64,000 nt of DNA from Octopus vulgaris (taxonomy: Eukaryota), in NCBI GenBank assembly GCA_951406725.2, contig OX597817.1:56420001-56484000 (forward strand). The letters run 5' to 3'. Below are positions 1 through 14,094 of the stretch, piece after piece. The stretch's first letter is position 1. Each line of letters starts with the position of its first letter. The notes below the pieces were generated by a model. It saw only the letters and a list, made by a program, of their open reading frames with translations, did not search any database and was not told where the DNA came from. Position numbers and translations under genes: made by a program.

Positions 1-118
1 TATATAGAGAGAGAGATTTGTATGCATATACACATACATGCATGCATACATACATCCATATATACATACATGCATACATACATCCATATATACATACATA
101 CATACATACATACATACA

Positions 119-152
<34 letters not shown>

Positions 153-225
153 CATACATACATACCGACACAGTGAGGCAAATATTTCGAGCGAAAAGGC
201 GCATAGAGAAGCAGGTATTTAAGTT

Positions 226-282
<57 letters not shown>

Positions 283-327
283 GTAGGTAGGTAGGTAGGT
301 AGGTAGGTAGGTAGGTAGGTAGGTAGG

Positions 328-358
<31 letters not shown>

Positions 359-387
359 GTAGGTAGGTAGGTAGGTAGGTAGGTAGG

Positions 388-426
<39 letters not shown>

Positions 427-515
427 GTAGGTAGGTAGGTAGGTAGGTAGGTAGGTAGATAGATAGGAAGATAGATAGATAGATAGGAAGATATCTAGAT
501 AGATAGGTAGATAGA
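1..515. repeat. compound microsatellite (TACA)n/(GATA)n/(GGTA)n
   Basis: Directly visible tetranucleotide arrays. Confidence 0.95.
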
Positions 516-999
516 CAAAGACTAAACTGCAGTTAAACTGGGAGAGAGAAAAAGAGAGTAAGAGAGAGAGAGCGTGGGGAAAAGAGAGATAGGGAGAGAG
601 AGATGTTGAAATATTGAAGTAAAGAACGTTAGAATGTGAGAGTTGATACTCATAGACTGAAAGATATGTTGGTAGACAGAGATAATGAGAGAGAGAGAGA
701 GACGGTGAGAGGGAAAGAGTAAGAGAGAGAGAGAGAGCCAGACTGTTATATACTGCAGCAGCAGCAACAGTAGCATTGGCAGCAGCAGCAGCAGTAGCAG
801 CAGCAGAGTTCAATAAAGATCAAAGGTTTAAACCATATAGATAGTAGATTTAATTGCTTGTTTGATTGAATAACCCTACAGTTGCTGGCTTCTACCGTCT
901 CCTTTCTCTCAGCCAGCCTTCTACATACTCTCTCTCTCCCTCTCACTCATTCCTCTCTCACTCACTCCTCTCCTTTACTCATTCTCTCTCTCTCTCTCC

Positions 1000-1033
<34 letters not shown>

Positions 1034-1659
1034 TTCTCTTATTGTATATCCTTCACTCTACACTCCATCGCTCTCTCCCTCATCACTCTTCATAATATTC
1101 TACTCCCTTTCCTCTTTTGACTCCTTCTCCTTCGCTCTTTCCCTACATATTTCTCTTTCTCTCCCTCTCTCCCTCTCTCTCTCCCTAATTCTATTCTTCT
1201 TTCTCTTCACTTTCTCCCTCAGTTTCTCATCTTACCCACTTTCCCTCTCTCTCTCTCCCTTATTTTATTCCTCTTCCTCTTCTTGACTCACTCCCTCAGT
1301 TTCTCATTCTCCCTTTTTCCCTTCCCTCTCTCTCTCCCCCTCTCTCTCTCTCACCCCCTCTACCAACGTCTCTCTATTGCTCTGGCTTCATGCTATATTC
1401 ACTTCTTCACCCATTTCTCATCATCACACATCTTCACTTTCCTCTTCTCACCCACACTCTCTCTCTCTCTCTCTTTTTCTACCTACCTCCTTCTCCTTCT
1501 CTCTCTCTCCCCCACACACACACACTTTCCTTTCTATTTAAACCCCTCTCCACACACCTCACCATAGCACACAAGTGTCCATAACGTTGGGAATTCTATT
1601 TTCCCAACGCTCATTGCTCTCTCTCTCTCTCTCTCTCGCTCTCTCTTCTCTCTCTCACT

Positions 1660-1710
<51 letters not shown>

Positions 1711-2212
1711 ACTGTGTTCCGACCTAAGTATTTGTCCCTCCCGTATACAGCATTAGATATATGTGTGGCGTGTGTGCTTTGTGTCTCTGTGTGCATGTAT
1801 GTGGCTGTATGTGGTTGTATGTGTGTGTGTGTGTGAGAGTGTGTGTGTGCATGCGTGTATAACTACCGGGCTATACATATGTGTATGTTTGCGTGGGTGT
1901 GGGTAGATAACAGATACACACGTGATTCCCGTTCATATCTCAAATCATTTCAAAAGGAGGTATTTTTCACAGAAAATGCTCAATAAATAATTAAAAATTA
2001 ATCAAAGCTTTCAGAGCAGAATCAGTATGAAAGAAAATAAACGGAACAGAGGAATTTCATACATACATGCATGCATACATACATACATACATACATACAT
2101 ACATACATACATACATACATACATACATACATGCATTTATACATATACATACATACTTCCGTTATAGATACCAAATTTGCATATGTAGTTTTAATCCAGG
2201 ACATACGGTTGT

Positions 2213-2248
2213 TTCCTGACGTTTTCGGCTGTCTTTCATCAGTCGGAA
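2213..2248 (-). ncRNA. degenerate minimal hammerhead-like motif
   Basis: Minus strand ttccga-CTGATGA-aagacagcc-GAAAAC-GTC-aggaa; stem II does not pair well. Confidence 0.35.
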
Positions 2249-2380
2249 TGCAGCAATGAAATAGATCACCGTGTGTCGACAAAATATCAGACGGACGAAC
2301 GAAGCGGTTAGAATATCGTGCATACATGCTTACATGCATACATACATACATACATACATACATACATACATACATACATT

Positions 2381-2788
2381 ACTCATTTACTCTTACTTGT
2401 TTCAGTCATTTCACTGTGGCCATGCTGGAGCACCACCTTTAGTCGAGCAAATCGACCCCACTACTTATTCTTTGTAAGCCTAGTACTTATGCTATTGGTC
2501 TCTTTTGCCGAACCGCTAAGTAACGGGGACGTAAACACACCAGCATCGGTTGTCAAGCAATACTAGGGGGATAAACACAGACACACAAACATATACACAC
2601 ACACTTATATATATATACATATATACCACAGGCTTCTTTCAGTTTCCGTCTACCAAATCCACTCACAAGGCATTGGTCGGCCCGGGGCTATAGCAGAAGA
2701 CACTTGCCCAAGATGCCACACAGTGGGACTGAACCCGGAACCATGTGGTTGGTTAGCAAGCTACTTACCACACAGCCACTCCTGCGCC
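2381..2788 (-). mobile_element. full-length tRNA-derived SINE (family A)
   Basis: A box TGGCTGTGTGG and B box GGTTCAGTCCC on minus strand; near-identical copies at 17150, 19385, 25794, 58865. Confidence 0.9.
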
Positions 2789-2799
2789 TATATATGTAC

Positions 2800-3755
2800 A
2801 CTCAGCTTATGGGAAAGTGCTTGAATGAACGAACTTGCAGGAGATCGTTTGCAAAATTGAAGATGAAGATCGAATAGGATGTCCAGTTGAGTTTGATGAT
2901 AAGCTCCTTGAGGCATTACTTGAAGAAAATCCGTCATTATCAGTTGAAGAATTGGCAATAAAGCTAACTTCAAACCATACAACAGTTCATAGTCATCTTC
3001 AACAACGTGGAAAGACTGCTAAACTTGGAAAATAGGTGCCTCATGTATTGTCCGACAGCAACCGCAAATCCCGAGTTGACATCTGTTCTTCTCTCCATTC
3101 TCGCAAACTCATTTCACCCTTTTTCGATAGACTTGTGACGAAAAATGGATTTTCTATCGAAATGTTAAACGTCGTAAATAGTAGCTTGGTAAAAGGGAAC
3201 TTCATGGGAAAAAGGTTCTACTCTATCTGGTGCGATTGAAAAGGCATAATTCACTTTATATTGTTACCACCTAATGCAACAATCGATGCTCAAGTCTACT
3301 GTCAGCAATTAGAGCGTTTGAACCAAGCTTTGAAGGAAAAAAGAGCCGCTTTAGTAAGTCGAAAACGAGTGATATTTCATCAGGACAATGCGCAACCCCA
3401 TACTGCACAGATCACATCACAGAAGATCGAAGCGGTCAGTTTGGAAAAATTTCTTCATCCAACTTATTCTCCCGACCTTACTCATTCAGGATACCATTTT
3501 TTTCATAGTTTACAGAATTATTAGGGGGACACAACTTTCGCAAGCCAGGAGGAGGTCGAACCTGACATTTCAGAGTTATTCGCTTTGAAACCAAAAGAGT
3601 TTTACATTGATGGGATTAAAAAGCTTGTAAATATATGGAAGTAGGTCATAGATAATCAGGGAAAGTACATTGATGATTAACTTTCAATTAAATATAACAT
3701 TTGATCATTTGGATTCTTTATCCAAAATTCGGACAGAACTTATGGGATGACCTGA
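2800..3755 (+). mobile_element. degenerate mariner transposon, left end missing
   Basis: Broken transposase frames with (W>*)VPHVL, FHQDNAQPH, HPTYSPDL motifs; right end AAAATTCGGACAGAACTTATGGGATGACCTGA. Confidence 0.9.
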
Positions 3756-3941
3756 GATATATACACAGGCGAAAATATCTTTAAGACCGACGATAAAAGT
3801 TCTATTTCTTACAAAATATTTTGTTACTAACACCATACAAATTGTTTATATCTTTTACACCTTATGCAAAATTTATTTCTCTTTCGAATGATGCAAACAA
3901 TTTTTATACAACTTGAAAAATTCTAATGCTAAATTAATATA

Positions 3942-4109
3942 TATTTCTTTACTGACCACAAGGGGCTAAACATAGAGGGGACAAACAAGGACATACAAAC
4001 GGATTACGTCGATTACATCGACCCCAGTGCGTAATTGGTACTTAATTTATCGACCCCGAAAGGATGAAGGGCAAAGTCGACCTCGGCGGAATTTGAACTC
4101 AGAACGTAA
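3942..4109 (-). mobile_element. SINE family B fragment
   Basis: Matches the unit of the 41327-42093 array; B box GAGTTCAAATTCC. Confidence 0.85.
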
Positions 4110-4623
4110 TATAAACGTTTCAAATTTACCGGCAAAATTAGTTTAAGACCATGTAATATGTATGCAATTTTTTGGCCAAAATGGGTGGTCACACAACGAG
4201 CCTAAATGCACCATATAAAGTTATAATTTAATGTTATCATACAATTTATTAATAATGGGAAAACAACGTAACCTTAGTCCAGTCACGAGAGCAAAAATCG
4301 TATATTACAGAAAAAAATGTTTCCTTTGCGAACATCAGCAAGCAACTAAAGTGCAGTAAATTTATTTTCACCAGTGTGTATATTATATATATATAATGTA
4401 TATAATACGAGAATTTTAATGGAGATAACCTGCAGTATATAGTACAACATTTTTGTCTCCGTATATGACCTAAGTATTATTAAAATGTGGTATACGATAA
4501 AAATTTCGGGTATTTGTCTTAAAACATTCAGACAAGAAAATTCAGATGAAGCACATGAGATATTATTCCATACGAATATACACATATCTATGTTAAGAGT
4601 TTCATGATAAAAATATAGAAATA

Positions 4624-5189
4624 TTGGGTTGTCCGGAAAGTTCGTGCCGATTTATAGTAGCTTATCTTTCGACTTATTTTAGAACATGTTTGAGTCCATA
4701 AAATAGGATTTGACTACACCTCTAATTAGAGCACAGTTTAAGCTATCTTTTCGTGGAAGAAGGTTTATGTTCCTATAACCTGTGTTAATTCTGTAAACCT
4801 TTAAAATAAAAGATGAGAAAGTTCATTTTCGGCACTTGATGCTTTGGGAACCAGACAAAATTTGCTGCAGCTCGGCTAGAATGTGTTACCCCCACCCTCC
4901 CTTTTCCCCAGATATTGCTCCTTCGGATTTCCACTTATTCAGGTCTCTGCAGAATAGTGTTAATGGTAAAAATTTAAATTCCTTAGATGACGTAAAAAGA
5001 TACATTGACGAATTCTTCGCCTTGAAACCACCCTAATTCTGGGAAGAAGGTATTTTCAAGGTAAAGGAAAGATGGAGACGTATTGTGCAACGAAATGGTT
5101 CAGATTTGGTTGATTAAAAATGTAATGGCAAGTATTTAGTGACCTTTACTTTCCTTTAAAAATCGGAACAAACTTTCCGGACAACCTAA
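4624..5189 (+). mobile_element. internally deleted non-autonomous mariner
   Basis: ~30 bp TIRs TTGGGTTGTCCGGAAAGTTCGTGCCGATTT / AAATCGGAACAAACTTTCCGGACAACCTAA, TA on both sides; N-terminal KVHFRHLMLWE fused to HPPFSPDIAPSDFHLFRSLQN. Confidence 0.93.
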
Positions 5190-5270
5190 TATAAACATAA
5201 CAATGAAATATGAATATAAACATGAAAAATAAAAACCTTAATTGAAAGAGGCGATTAAAATTTCTTTCCT

Positions 5271-5338
5271 AACTTGCAGCCGTTTCAGAAAAGTGGTTGT
5301 ACGAAGTATTCGAAATTCAGCCCTCCTTCCTCAGGGTT
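5271..5338 (-). ncRNA. degenerate type I hammerhead motif
   Basis: aacc-CTGAGGA-aggagg...cacttttct-GAAAC-GGCT-GCA-agtt; cleavage triplet is GCA rather than NUH. Confidence 0.45.
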
Positions 5339-5917
5339 CCTTTCTCGAGGTGAAATCCAGCAAAAAGCATTAAGGCACTACATGGTGAGTATTCAGTTGC
5401 CTGAAAGTTCAGTTTTTGAGTATCGATAAATAAGTGATAGATTTTCAAGAGAATTACCACGTTTAAATAAGAAATGAAATTCATTGAAAGGTTAACTTTA
5501 GTTAATCATGCAAATAATAGCCAATAGGAATATTCCACTCTCTACTATAAAAAATAATTTAGGATTACATGTTTGTGCAGAAGTGTTCATTGGATCTAAT
5601 GATCTAATTGGACCGTATTTTCAAAAAGCTTTTATATTCTAAAAAATTATATTTTCAAGTTTAAGAAAATTATAAGACGCTAAATATTTATGCTTACAAC
5701 ATACTAAAATGTCTGTAATTGTTTATATAGGGGTGAATAAATGAATTCTTGTGTCCTCTATATCTAATTTTAAAATTAGTAGTACGCCCTATATAAATTT
5801 TCCTAAGTCCGGAGCGTTAAACTAATAAACCTGTTTGCTGTTTACACACCCGTCTTCGTCTTTTGTTCGTTTCTTTTGTAAATTCCAAATATATATGTAT
5901 GTATGTGTGTGTATGAA

Positions 5918-5955
<38 letters not shown>

Positions 5956-6044
5956 GAGAGAGAGAGAGAGAGAGAGATTTCGCAGACAGGAACTGAAACA
6001 AATCGATCGTATATATATGTATGTATATATGTAAGTGTATGTGT

Positions 6045-8762
6045 TTTGGTATTGGCAACATGAATGACAATGGCCAGAGACTACTTTAATTTTGCACATA
6101 CCATAACCCGTGCATCACTAACACATTCTTTGCCAACAAGACATCCCACAAGGCATGTTGGAGACATCCAAGATCTCATCACTGGCATCAGCTGGATCTC
6201 ATCATTACACGAAGACCCTTTCAGAATTCTGTTCAACTGACTCGTAGTTACCACAGCGCGGATTGTGACACAGATCATTCACTAATAAGAAGAGAAGCAG
6301 GTTGAGGATTCTGCCTAAAAAGTCCATCACTCCAAGAAAATGGGCTGACCACGCATTAACACTGCCAGAACCTCCGACCCTACACTGCGACAATGTTTTG
6401 CTGTTTTTATCAAAGTTGCCCTCAGTAGCTGCCCAACCACCTCTGCTGAAAGTAGGTGGACTTATATCAGGGAAGCTTTGTATACCACATCAATAGATAC
6501 TTTCGGCATGATAGAAAGGCAAAACCCAGATTTTGTTCAGTGCTGGGCTCTCAGAGTTGGAAACAGTTATCTGATGTAATACAAGAGTGATTCTTCTATA
6601 AAGTCACTCGAAGAACTCAGAAAGGCAAGAAGTAAAACCCAACTGACTGCCAGATGCAGTGCAAAATGGTATTGGCAGGAAATCTGTCAGAGTATCCAGT
6701 CAGCTGCTGACAATGGCAACACCCGTGGGATGTATGCCGGTTTGAAGAAGGCCCTCAGTCCATCCGCAACCAAGTCAGCCCCTCTGAAATCAACTACTGG
6801 GGATCGCATCAAGGACCAAAGCAAGCAAATGGATATATAGGTGGAGTACTACCAGGATCTCTACTCACGAGAGACCACGGTAGCTGAGGCTGCAATCGAG
6901 GGTGTCAAGATCTTGCCAATCATGTGTGAACTTGACAGTCTGCCATCTATAGCAGAGCCCACCAAGGCTATTGACTCCCTTGCAAGTAACAAGGCTCCAG
7001 GAAAAGACGGCATCCCCTTAGAGATCATCAAAACCGGCAAAAACACCATCCTGCTTCTGTGTCAGTGCTGGGAAGAGGGTACAGTTCCTCAGGATATGCG
7101 GGATGCTAACATTACGCTTTACAAAAACAAAGGTGACCGTGGTGATTGTAACAATTACCGTGGAATATCTCTTCTAAGCACTGTTGGAAAGGCCTCTGCT
7201 CACATTATCCTGTCCAAGCTGCAACTGCTTGCTTCTCGAATTTATCCAGAATCGCAGTGTGACTTTAGAAGAAGTAGATCAACTATTGACATAATATTCT
7301 CCATACGCCAACTTCAGGAGAAGTCCAGTGAGCAGAAAATGCCATTATATATGGCCTTCATTGATCTGACAAAGGCCTTTGACTTGGTAAGTAGAAAAGG
7401 CCTCTTCATCCTGCTCCAAAAAAACGGATGTCCACCAAAGCTGCTGAGGATCATCACATCTTTCTATGATGATATGCAAGGCACCATACAGCACAATGGT
7501 TCAACATCAGCCGCCTTCCAAATAAAAAATGGGGTAAAGCAAGGTTGTCTCCTTGCTCCTACATTATTTGGCATCTTCTGCTCGCTGCTGCTGTCACATG
7601 CCTTTGTGACATCAGATGATGGGGTGTTTCTGCACAGTAGAAGTGGTGGGAAACTGTTCAATCTCTCGTGTCTGCGTGCCAAGACCAAAATCAGAAGCAA
7701 CCTGATCAAGCAGATGCTATTTGCTGATGATGTCGCTCTCGTATCACACACAGAAGAAGCCCTACAAAGGCTCATCAACTGTTTTGAGCAAGCATGTGGC
7801 AACTTTGGCTTATTTATCAGCCTCAAGAAGACCAACATCATGGGTCAGGCTACACTTACCATCCCAAACATACATATTGGAGACCACAGAATACAGGAGG
7901 TGGAGAAGTTTACCTATCTTGGCTCTACCGTCACCTACAACCTATCCCTTGATGCTGTGCTCAATATACGCATTGGCAAGGCAGCTGCTGTGATGGCCCA
8001 ACTCTCCAAACGGGCATGGGACAACAATAAGCTGACCAAGACCACAAAAATGAAGATTTACCAGGCATGTGTACTTAGCACTCTACTGTATGGAAGTGAG
8101 ACATGGACGCCATACACACGCCATACGACGCCATACGACGCCATACGACGCCATACGTCGCCTAAATATCTTTCACCTGCGCTGCCTCTGGAAAATCCTT
8201 CGCATCAAATGGCAGAATCATGTCCCCAACAAAGATGTCCTCAAGCAAGCAGGAATACCAAGCATGTTTACATTCCTCACACAAAGACGTATGACATGTT
8301 AGCCGTATGGAAGGTGGCAGAATCCCCAAGGACATACTCAACGGAGAGCTTGCTAGGGGTACTAGGTCTGTGGGAAGACCGTTCTTACGATACAAGGATG
8401 TTTGTAAAAGGGACATGAATGCCTGCAACATCAATATTACCAACTGGGAAGCAGTTGCCAGCAACCGTGGAGATTGGCGACATACCGTAAAAGAGGGAAC
8501 ACAAAGAAGTGACATAGAGGGAGAGGAGAAATGGAAAGACAAGAAAAGACGTCAACAAGAAAGTATGACATTACAACTAGCGAGGCAAAGTCTTCGCTAC
8601 ATTTGCGGCACCTGCCAGAGGGAGTGTTTGTCCAGGATAGGACTACACAGCCACAGCAAGAGATGTATTAGGACATGAAATGTAAAAGCCGGACTAGATT
8701 ATTGTAAGCGCAACTCCATTGTCTCCCGAGACAAAAAGGATGCCAACAACAATATATGTAGG
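6045..8762 (+). mobile_element. 5'-truncated RTE-clade (BovB-like) LINE
   Basis: APE remnant (FGIGNMNDNGQRL, ITNTFF, WRHPRSHHWHQLD), RT domain, C-terminal CxxC..SRIGLHSH finger, 3' end ATTGTCTCCCGAGACAAAAAGGATGCCAACAACAA, flanking direct repeat. Confidence 0.95.
6841..8678 (+). pseudogene. RTE reverse transcriptase ORF, frameshifted near the 3' end
   Basis: KGDRGDCNNYRGISLLS, AFIDLTKAFDLV, GVKQGCLLAPTLF, LFADDVAL, FTYLGS; continues in ORFs 8069-8302 and 8307-8678. Confidence 0.93.
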
Positions 8763-8946
8763 GATTTCATAGACAGGAACTGAAACAAATCAATCGTATA
8801 TATATGTATATATGTAAGTGTATGTGTGTGTCTTTGTGTCTATGTTTCGCCCTCATCACTGCTTCACAACTGGTGTTCATTTATTTACATCCACAAAACT
8901 TACTGGTTTCACAAGAACATACTAATAGAATAAGTACTAGGCTTCT
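8763..8946 (+). mobile_element. old SINE family A copy interrupted by the RTE
   Basis: Diverged match to the SINE A middle and 3' part (…AGAATAAGTACTAGGCTT). Confidence 0.7.
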
Positions 8947-9074
8947 CAACATAAAAAAGCACTAGGCTGTGTCTCATATTTTTGTTTGCCCACTCAGTCC
9001 TATCTATCAATTTATCTTTGTGTGTGTGTGTGTGTGTATCTATATCTATATCTATATCTATCTATCTATCTATC

Positions 9075-9076
9075 TA

Positions 9077-9126
<50 letters not shown>

Positions 9127-9968
9127 CTAATGGGAGCCTTAACTCCCAAATTTTAGTCATTTCTTTTATGATCCAAAACTAGGTCAAAAGTACTGAATGG
9201 ATCTTTATGAAATTTGGAAATTATATTCTAAGCATAAGGGCCATAGCCCCTATGACAATTCATATATTTTTGCTGTTGATGAAATTTTAACCATAGATAT
9301 TAGATACAAATGAAGTAATATTTATAAAATTTCATCTTCTTACAAAGTTAGAAAGACCCCTCCATGGGGACTTAACACCCACAATTTTGTGATTTTATCT
9401 AAGCAAAAACGAATACAGTTGTGCTCTTGGAAGCTGTAGAGTTACTCGAGAATAAAAGTTGGGCATTATTTCTAATTCAATGGTACAACAGTGTAACAGT
9501 TTGCTTTGACATACACCTACATTGTGATTTCTGCAATGTGGTGCATAAATTGTTAAGTAAATGAGAGGCATCTTTGTCTCCACTGATTCAGTTGCAAAGT
9601 GTTGAGTAAAGTTATTTGATTGCAGACCTCCTTTCAGTCTTTTTATCATCACTCGATCACACATAGTCCCCATTTGATAACATTGATTACAAGGCCTTCC
9701 CTGATGAGTGACTGGTTATTCAAAGACATTTATAGATTTTAAATTTATTCTGTCCAGTTATGTATCAATATAGTTGTCATTTGCAAACTCCAGAGGTGAC
9801 ACTTTACTTTCTCCTAAGCCCTCACGTCACACAGTTGTTAATGCTGATTTCAGTTGGGAATTTTGATGAAATTCGAAACATAGATATTCCAGTTCATTCA
9901 GAAAATATAACAGAAAAGTCTAATTCTTCAATTGAATGTAACCGGGCAACGCCGGGTATCTCTGCTAG
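9075..9968 (+). mobile_element. non-autonomous Helitron-like element (5' limit uncertain)
   Basis: 3' hairpin CCGG-GCAACG-CCGG, then CTAG|T at 9965-9969; internal CTGAATGGATCTTTATGAAATTTGG motif; TC(TA)n start. Confidence 0.65.
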
Positions 9969-10214
9969 TGTATATATATATATATAAAATAAGATAAAAT
10001 GTTTATAAGAATTTATCAAGTAGTCAGCGTGAAAACCTCATAATTATTCCCTTTGAATATATTTATTTATATTAAGGGCGTTACTACACATAACTGCCTC
10101 ACGCTATTAGGGACTCTTAAAGTCAACACTACCATAATAAATACACAGTGTACCGAACGCGAGGTAATGCAACCTTTGAAGCCACCCTTTAAAAACAGAT
10201 TCAGCCGCAAATAC

Positions 10215-10300
<86 letters not shown>

Positions 10301-10301
<1 letters not shown>

Positions 10302-10462
10302 CGACGGGTTTCTTTCAGTTTCCATCTACCAAATTCACTCACAAATTTTGGTCGGCCCGAGGCTCTTGTAGAAGACACTTGCTCAAGGTGCCACGCAGTG
10401 GGACTGAACTTGGAACCATGTGGTAGGGAAGCAAGCTTATTACCACACAGCCACGTCTGCAC
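10301..10462 (-). mobile_element. SINE family A 5' half
   Basis: Matches the family A head. Confidence 0.85.
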
Positions 10463-10988
10463 CAACATATACATACATATATATATATATATATATATGC
10501 ACATATACATACACATATATACCTATATATAAACACATAAGTATATACATATGCATACACATACACACATATATATGTAGATAGATAAGATACCTAGATA
10601 ATTAGATACGCACTGATAAAAATGCGCATATGTGCATGTGTACATGTCGTTAAGTATGTGTGTTTGCCTGTGTGCGCGCGCGTGTGTCAGTATGCTTATG
10701 TACTCACACGCACGCACATATTAAAGGAAATAATAGTTGATTGCTACAAAAGTACAGTTTCTTCCACTGCTACAGGCTCATCATGATTAGCATAATGAAC
10801 TCGCCACGGTGAAACAGACAGTAGCAATCAACGATTTTTTTTTAATTCGTACAAATATCCTGCTTCAAGGCGTTGATATTTTTTCCTGCTTGGAGTTATA
10901 TCTTGTCTTAAATAACATACATCCACTATAAATCTCTACCTACATACATACATTTATAGACATGTATGTGCATATATATGTGTGTGTG

Positions 10989-11054
<66 letters not shown>

Positions 11055-11593
11055 TTTGTATGCATGCATGTATTCAAACACACACAAACATACATGCATA
11101 TCCATATATGCGCATATCCAAGCCAAAATACATGGCGATATATAAACACTTATACATAATACTACATCTCCCCTCTCAGTACCTTCACCCCCTCGTCACC
11201 TCAATCACCGCCACACTCCCTATAGCGCTCCTCTATGTATAACACTGTAATTGCCAGTTTCTAGAGCTGCTCTCATCTCCTCTCCTCCATCTCTTCCCAC
11301 CACCCGTTTCTCTCTCCCACCCCACCCTAGACCGTACTCTCCTTCAGTGCAACGGACTCCGATACATAATCCTACATTTCGTGGTTTTTACAGTTCCACT
11401 TGCTTTCCATCATCTATTCTTTCTTTCATTTAGTTAAAGGGGATTCTGCAATCGTTTAGCTGAAAATTTGGGAAGCCCTCCTTACTCTCCTATTTCTTCA
11501 CCGTTCCCGAAGTCTTCTGTCATCTCTCTAGCGCACGCTTCTCCTTACCCTTCTCTCTATATCTATCTATCTATTCTCCTGTCTTCCTCCCAC

Positions 11594-11633
<40 letters not shown>

Positions 11634-12019
11634 ATCCCTTACATTCCATTCACTCCGTTACTCCCTGTATAACTCCCCTTCATCTTACATGCATTCTCTT
11701 TTTACTTAACCCCCTCTATTTAATTGACCCTTTTCCCTTCTCTATCTCCCTATTTTTGCGCGCGTGCGCGCAAGCGTGGGTGTGTTTATGTGGGCGTGGG
11801 TGTATGTATAAATATGTATATTTGCATATATACATTCATAGAATGTATATAGAGATACGAAAATATATACATATGTATATATACACATATACGTACAAAG
11901 GTACACCTGTATATACATACATATATATATAAACATGCATATATATATATGTATTTATACATATCTATATATATTTATATATATATATATATATTTATAT
12001 ATTTATTTATACATATATA

Positions 12020-12050
<31 letters not shown>

Positions 12051-12464
12051 GCATTCATAGATATACAAGGATATATATAATACATGCAGGCACATATACA
12101 TATAGACACATTCTACACTAGCTTATATATATATATATATATATGGACATAATCATGCATACAAACTTATGCATACATATATGTGCGCATATATAACTAT
12201 GTATGTATGTGCGTGTGTATGTCAGTGTCTATTTGTCTATGTGTTTGTGCGTCTGTGTGTGAGCGGGTGGGGGGGGTATGTGTGTGTGTGCATATAGGCA
12301 TGTGTGTCTGTGTGTGTGCGCGCGCAACATTCCACAGAGCACGCGGCAGCAGTTTTGCATCGATGCACTTTCTGTTTCCCTATCCATTCACTCCCTATCC
12401 ATTGAAAAGCCTATTCCTCAAACTTCTCTTACTTTCCTCCCTCTCTCGCTCTCCCTACCTTCTC

Positions 12465-12522
<58 letters not shown>

Positions 12523-12690
12523 GCGTGCGCGCGCACTTTACACTATTCCACTGTCCTTAGAATACTGTTCAAACCTTAAACTTTGCAGCTCTTAATCTGT
12601 TTCTCTGTATCTTTAATTCTTCGAATATCTTGTCTTCTCCAACCTTCAGCTTCATCATCTCTGTCTATATAATCTCTCTAATATATATAC

Positions 12691-12773
<83 letters not shown>

Positions 12774-12987
12774 TATATGCATATATATCTATATATATGT
12801 ATATATAGACATACATATATATATATATATGTATATGTATATGTATATATATGTATATATGTATATGTATATATGTATATATATATGTATGTATATATAT
12901 TTTGTATATATGTATATATATGTATATATATATATATATATATGTATATACATTTTGTTATACATATACATATGTATATATATATAT

Positions 12988-13080
12988 GGCAGTTGCTAAA
13001 AAGCTTTCGTGAAGTAAAACCAAGTAGCAACACCAAATGGCGGTGCCCCAGCATGGCCACAGCTCATGAGCTGAAACTAG

Positions 13081-13110
<30 letters not shown>
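12988..13110 (+). mobile_element. LINE 3' end with (ATCA)n tail, in (TA)n
   Basis: GGCGGTGCCCCAGCATGGCCA-CAGCTC-AT-GAGCTG-AAAC tail; same tail at 35338. Confidence 0.7.
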
Positions 13111-13112
<2 letters not shown>

Positions 13113-13460
13113 TATATATGTATGTATGTATATATATGTATGTATATACATATTTATTTATTGCCCAATAGAGAAAGAACCCGTTTCTAACCTAGATCCA
13201 AGGCTCCTTCATGTTTGTTTGTATGTATGTATCTATGTATGTATGTATGTATGTATGTATGTATGTATGTATGCATGTATGTATGTATGTGTGTATGTAT
13301 GTATGTATGTATGTATGTATGTATGTATGTATGCATGCATGCATGCATGTATGTATGTATGTATGTATGTATGTATGTATGTATGTATGTATGTATGTAT
13401 GTATGCATGTATGTATTCTCACGCATATAGTTGCATATCTAGACATGTATTTATATATAT

Positions 13461-13656
13461 TTAAATGATAAACTTCTGGAAAGTTTTACAGATTTTTACA
13501 GTTCCAGTGATGGATTGGATCTGTAGTTTTTGAATTAGCTCTCTCCTTTCTGGTTTTGAGAAGCCTGTTTTCTCAATTGCTATTCATGCAGTGTGTTACA
13601 TATCTCAAGGCCCCAATAATTACAGGTATAAACCTGAACTTGTAATCTGGATAGAG
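13461..13656 (-). pseudogene. 3' end of an RLE-type (R4/Dong-like) non-LTR retrotransposon
   Basis: LYPDYKFRFIPVIIGALRYVTHC, frameshift, EKTGFSKPERRELIQKLQIQSITGTVKICKTFQKFII*; resembles the RLE C-terminal V/IPIVIGALG...LQ...GT signature. Confidence 0.75.
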
Positions 13657-14094
13657 TATCTGTATGTATGCATGTATGTATGTGTGTGTGTGTGTGTGTA
13701 TGTACGTTTTGAACGACATCGAAACAGCTAAGCTCTATATTAATAGATCTTTGTGCTGCTGAAGACGGTATTTTAAAGCTATTTCTTTGATATTGGATCA
13801 CCTCCATAGCCCGTTCTTTACTTGAATCCAATCGTAGTAGTGTTTTTAAAAGAACATCAGCGCATATTGGTTTTTTTCAAGCCGATATTTGAAGATATAG
13901 GATATTATAGATCGGCCGAGATTTAGATGTTGTATCGTCTAAAATACATCCTCCTCTGCTATGATTAATCTGGTTCAAAGTGTTCATAACTTAAGTCACA
14001 AAAGGGCTTCTGTTTTTCTTTTAGTTTTTTTAGTTTTTTCGTGCTTGAATCAGTTTCCTTTTACTCTCTATCTCTTCTTTCTCATTTTCTATCT

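Noticed and set aside
13715-13775. GAAACAGCT...CTGAAGA possible type II hammerhead
   Set aside because: Stems I and II do not pair and there is no suitable UH.
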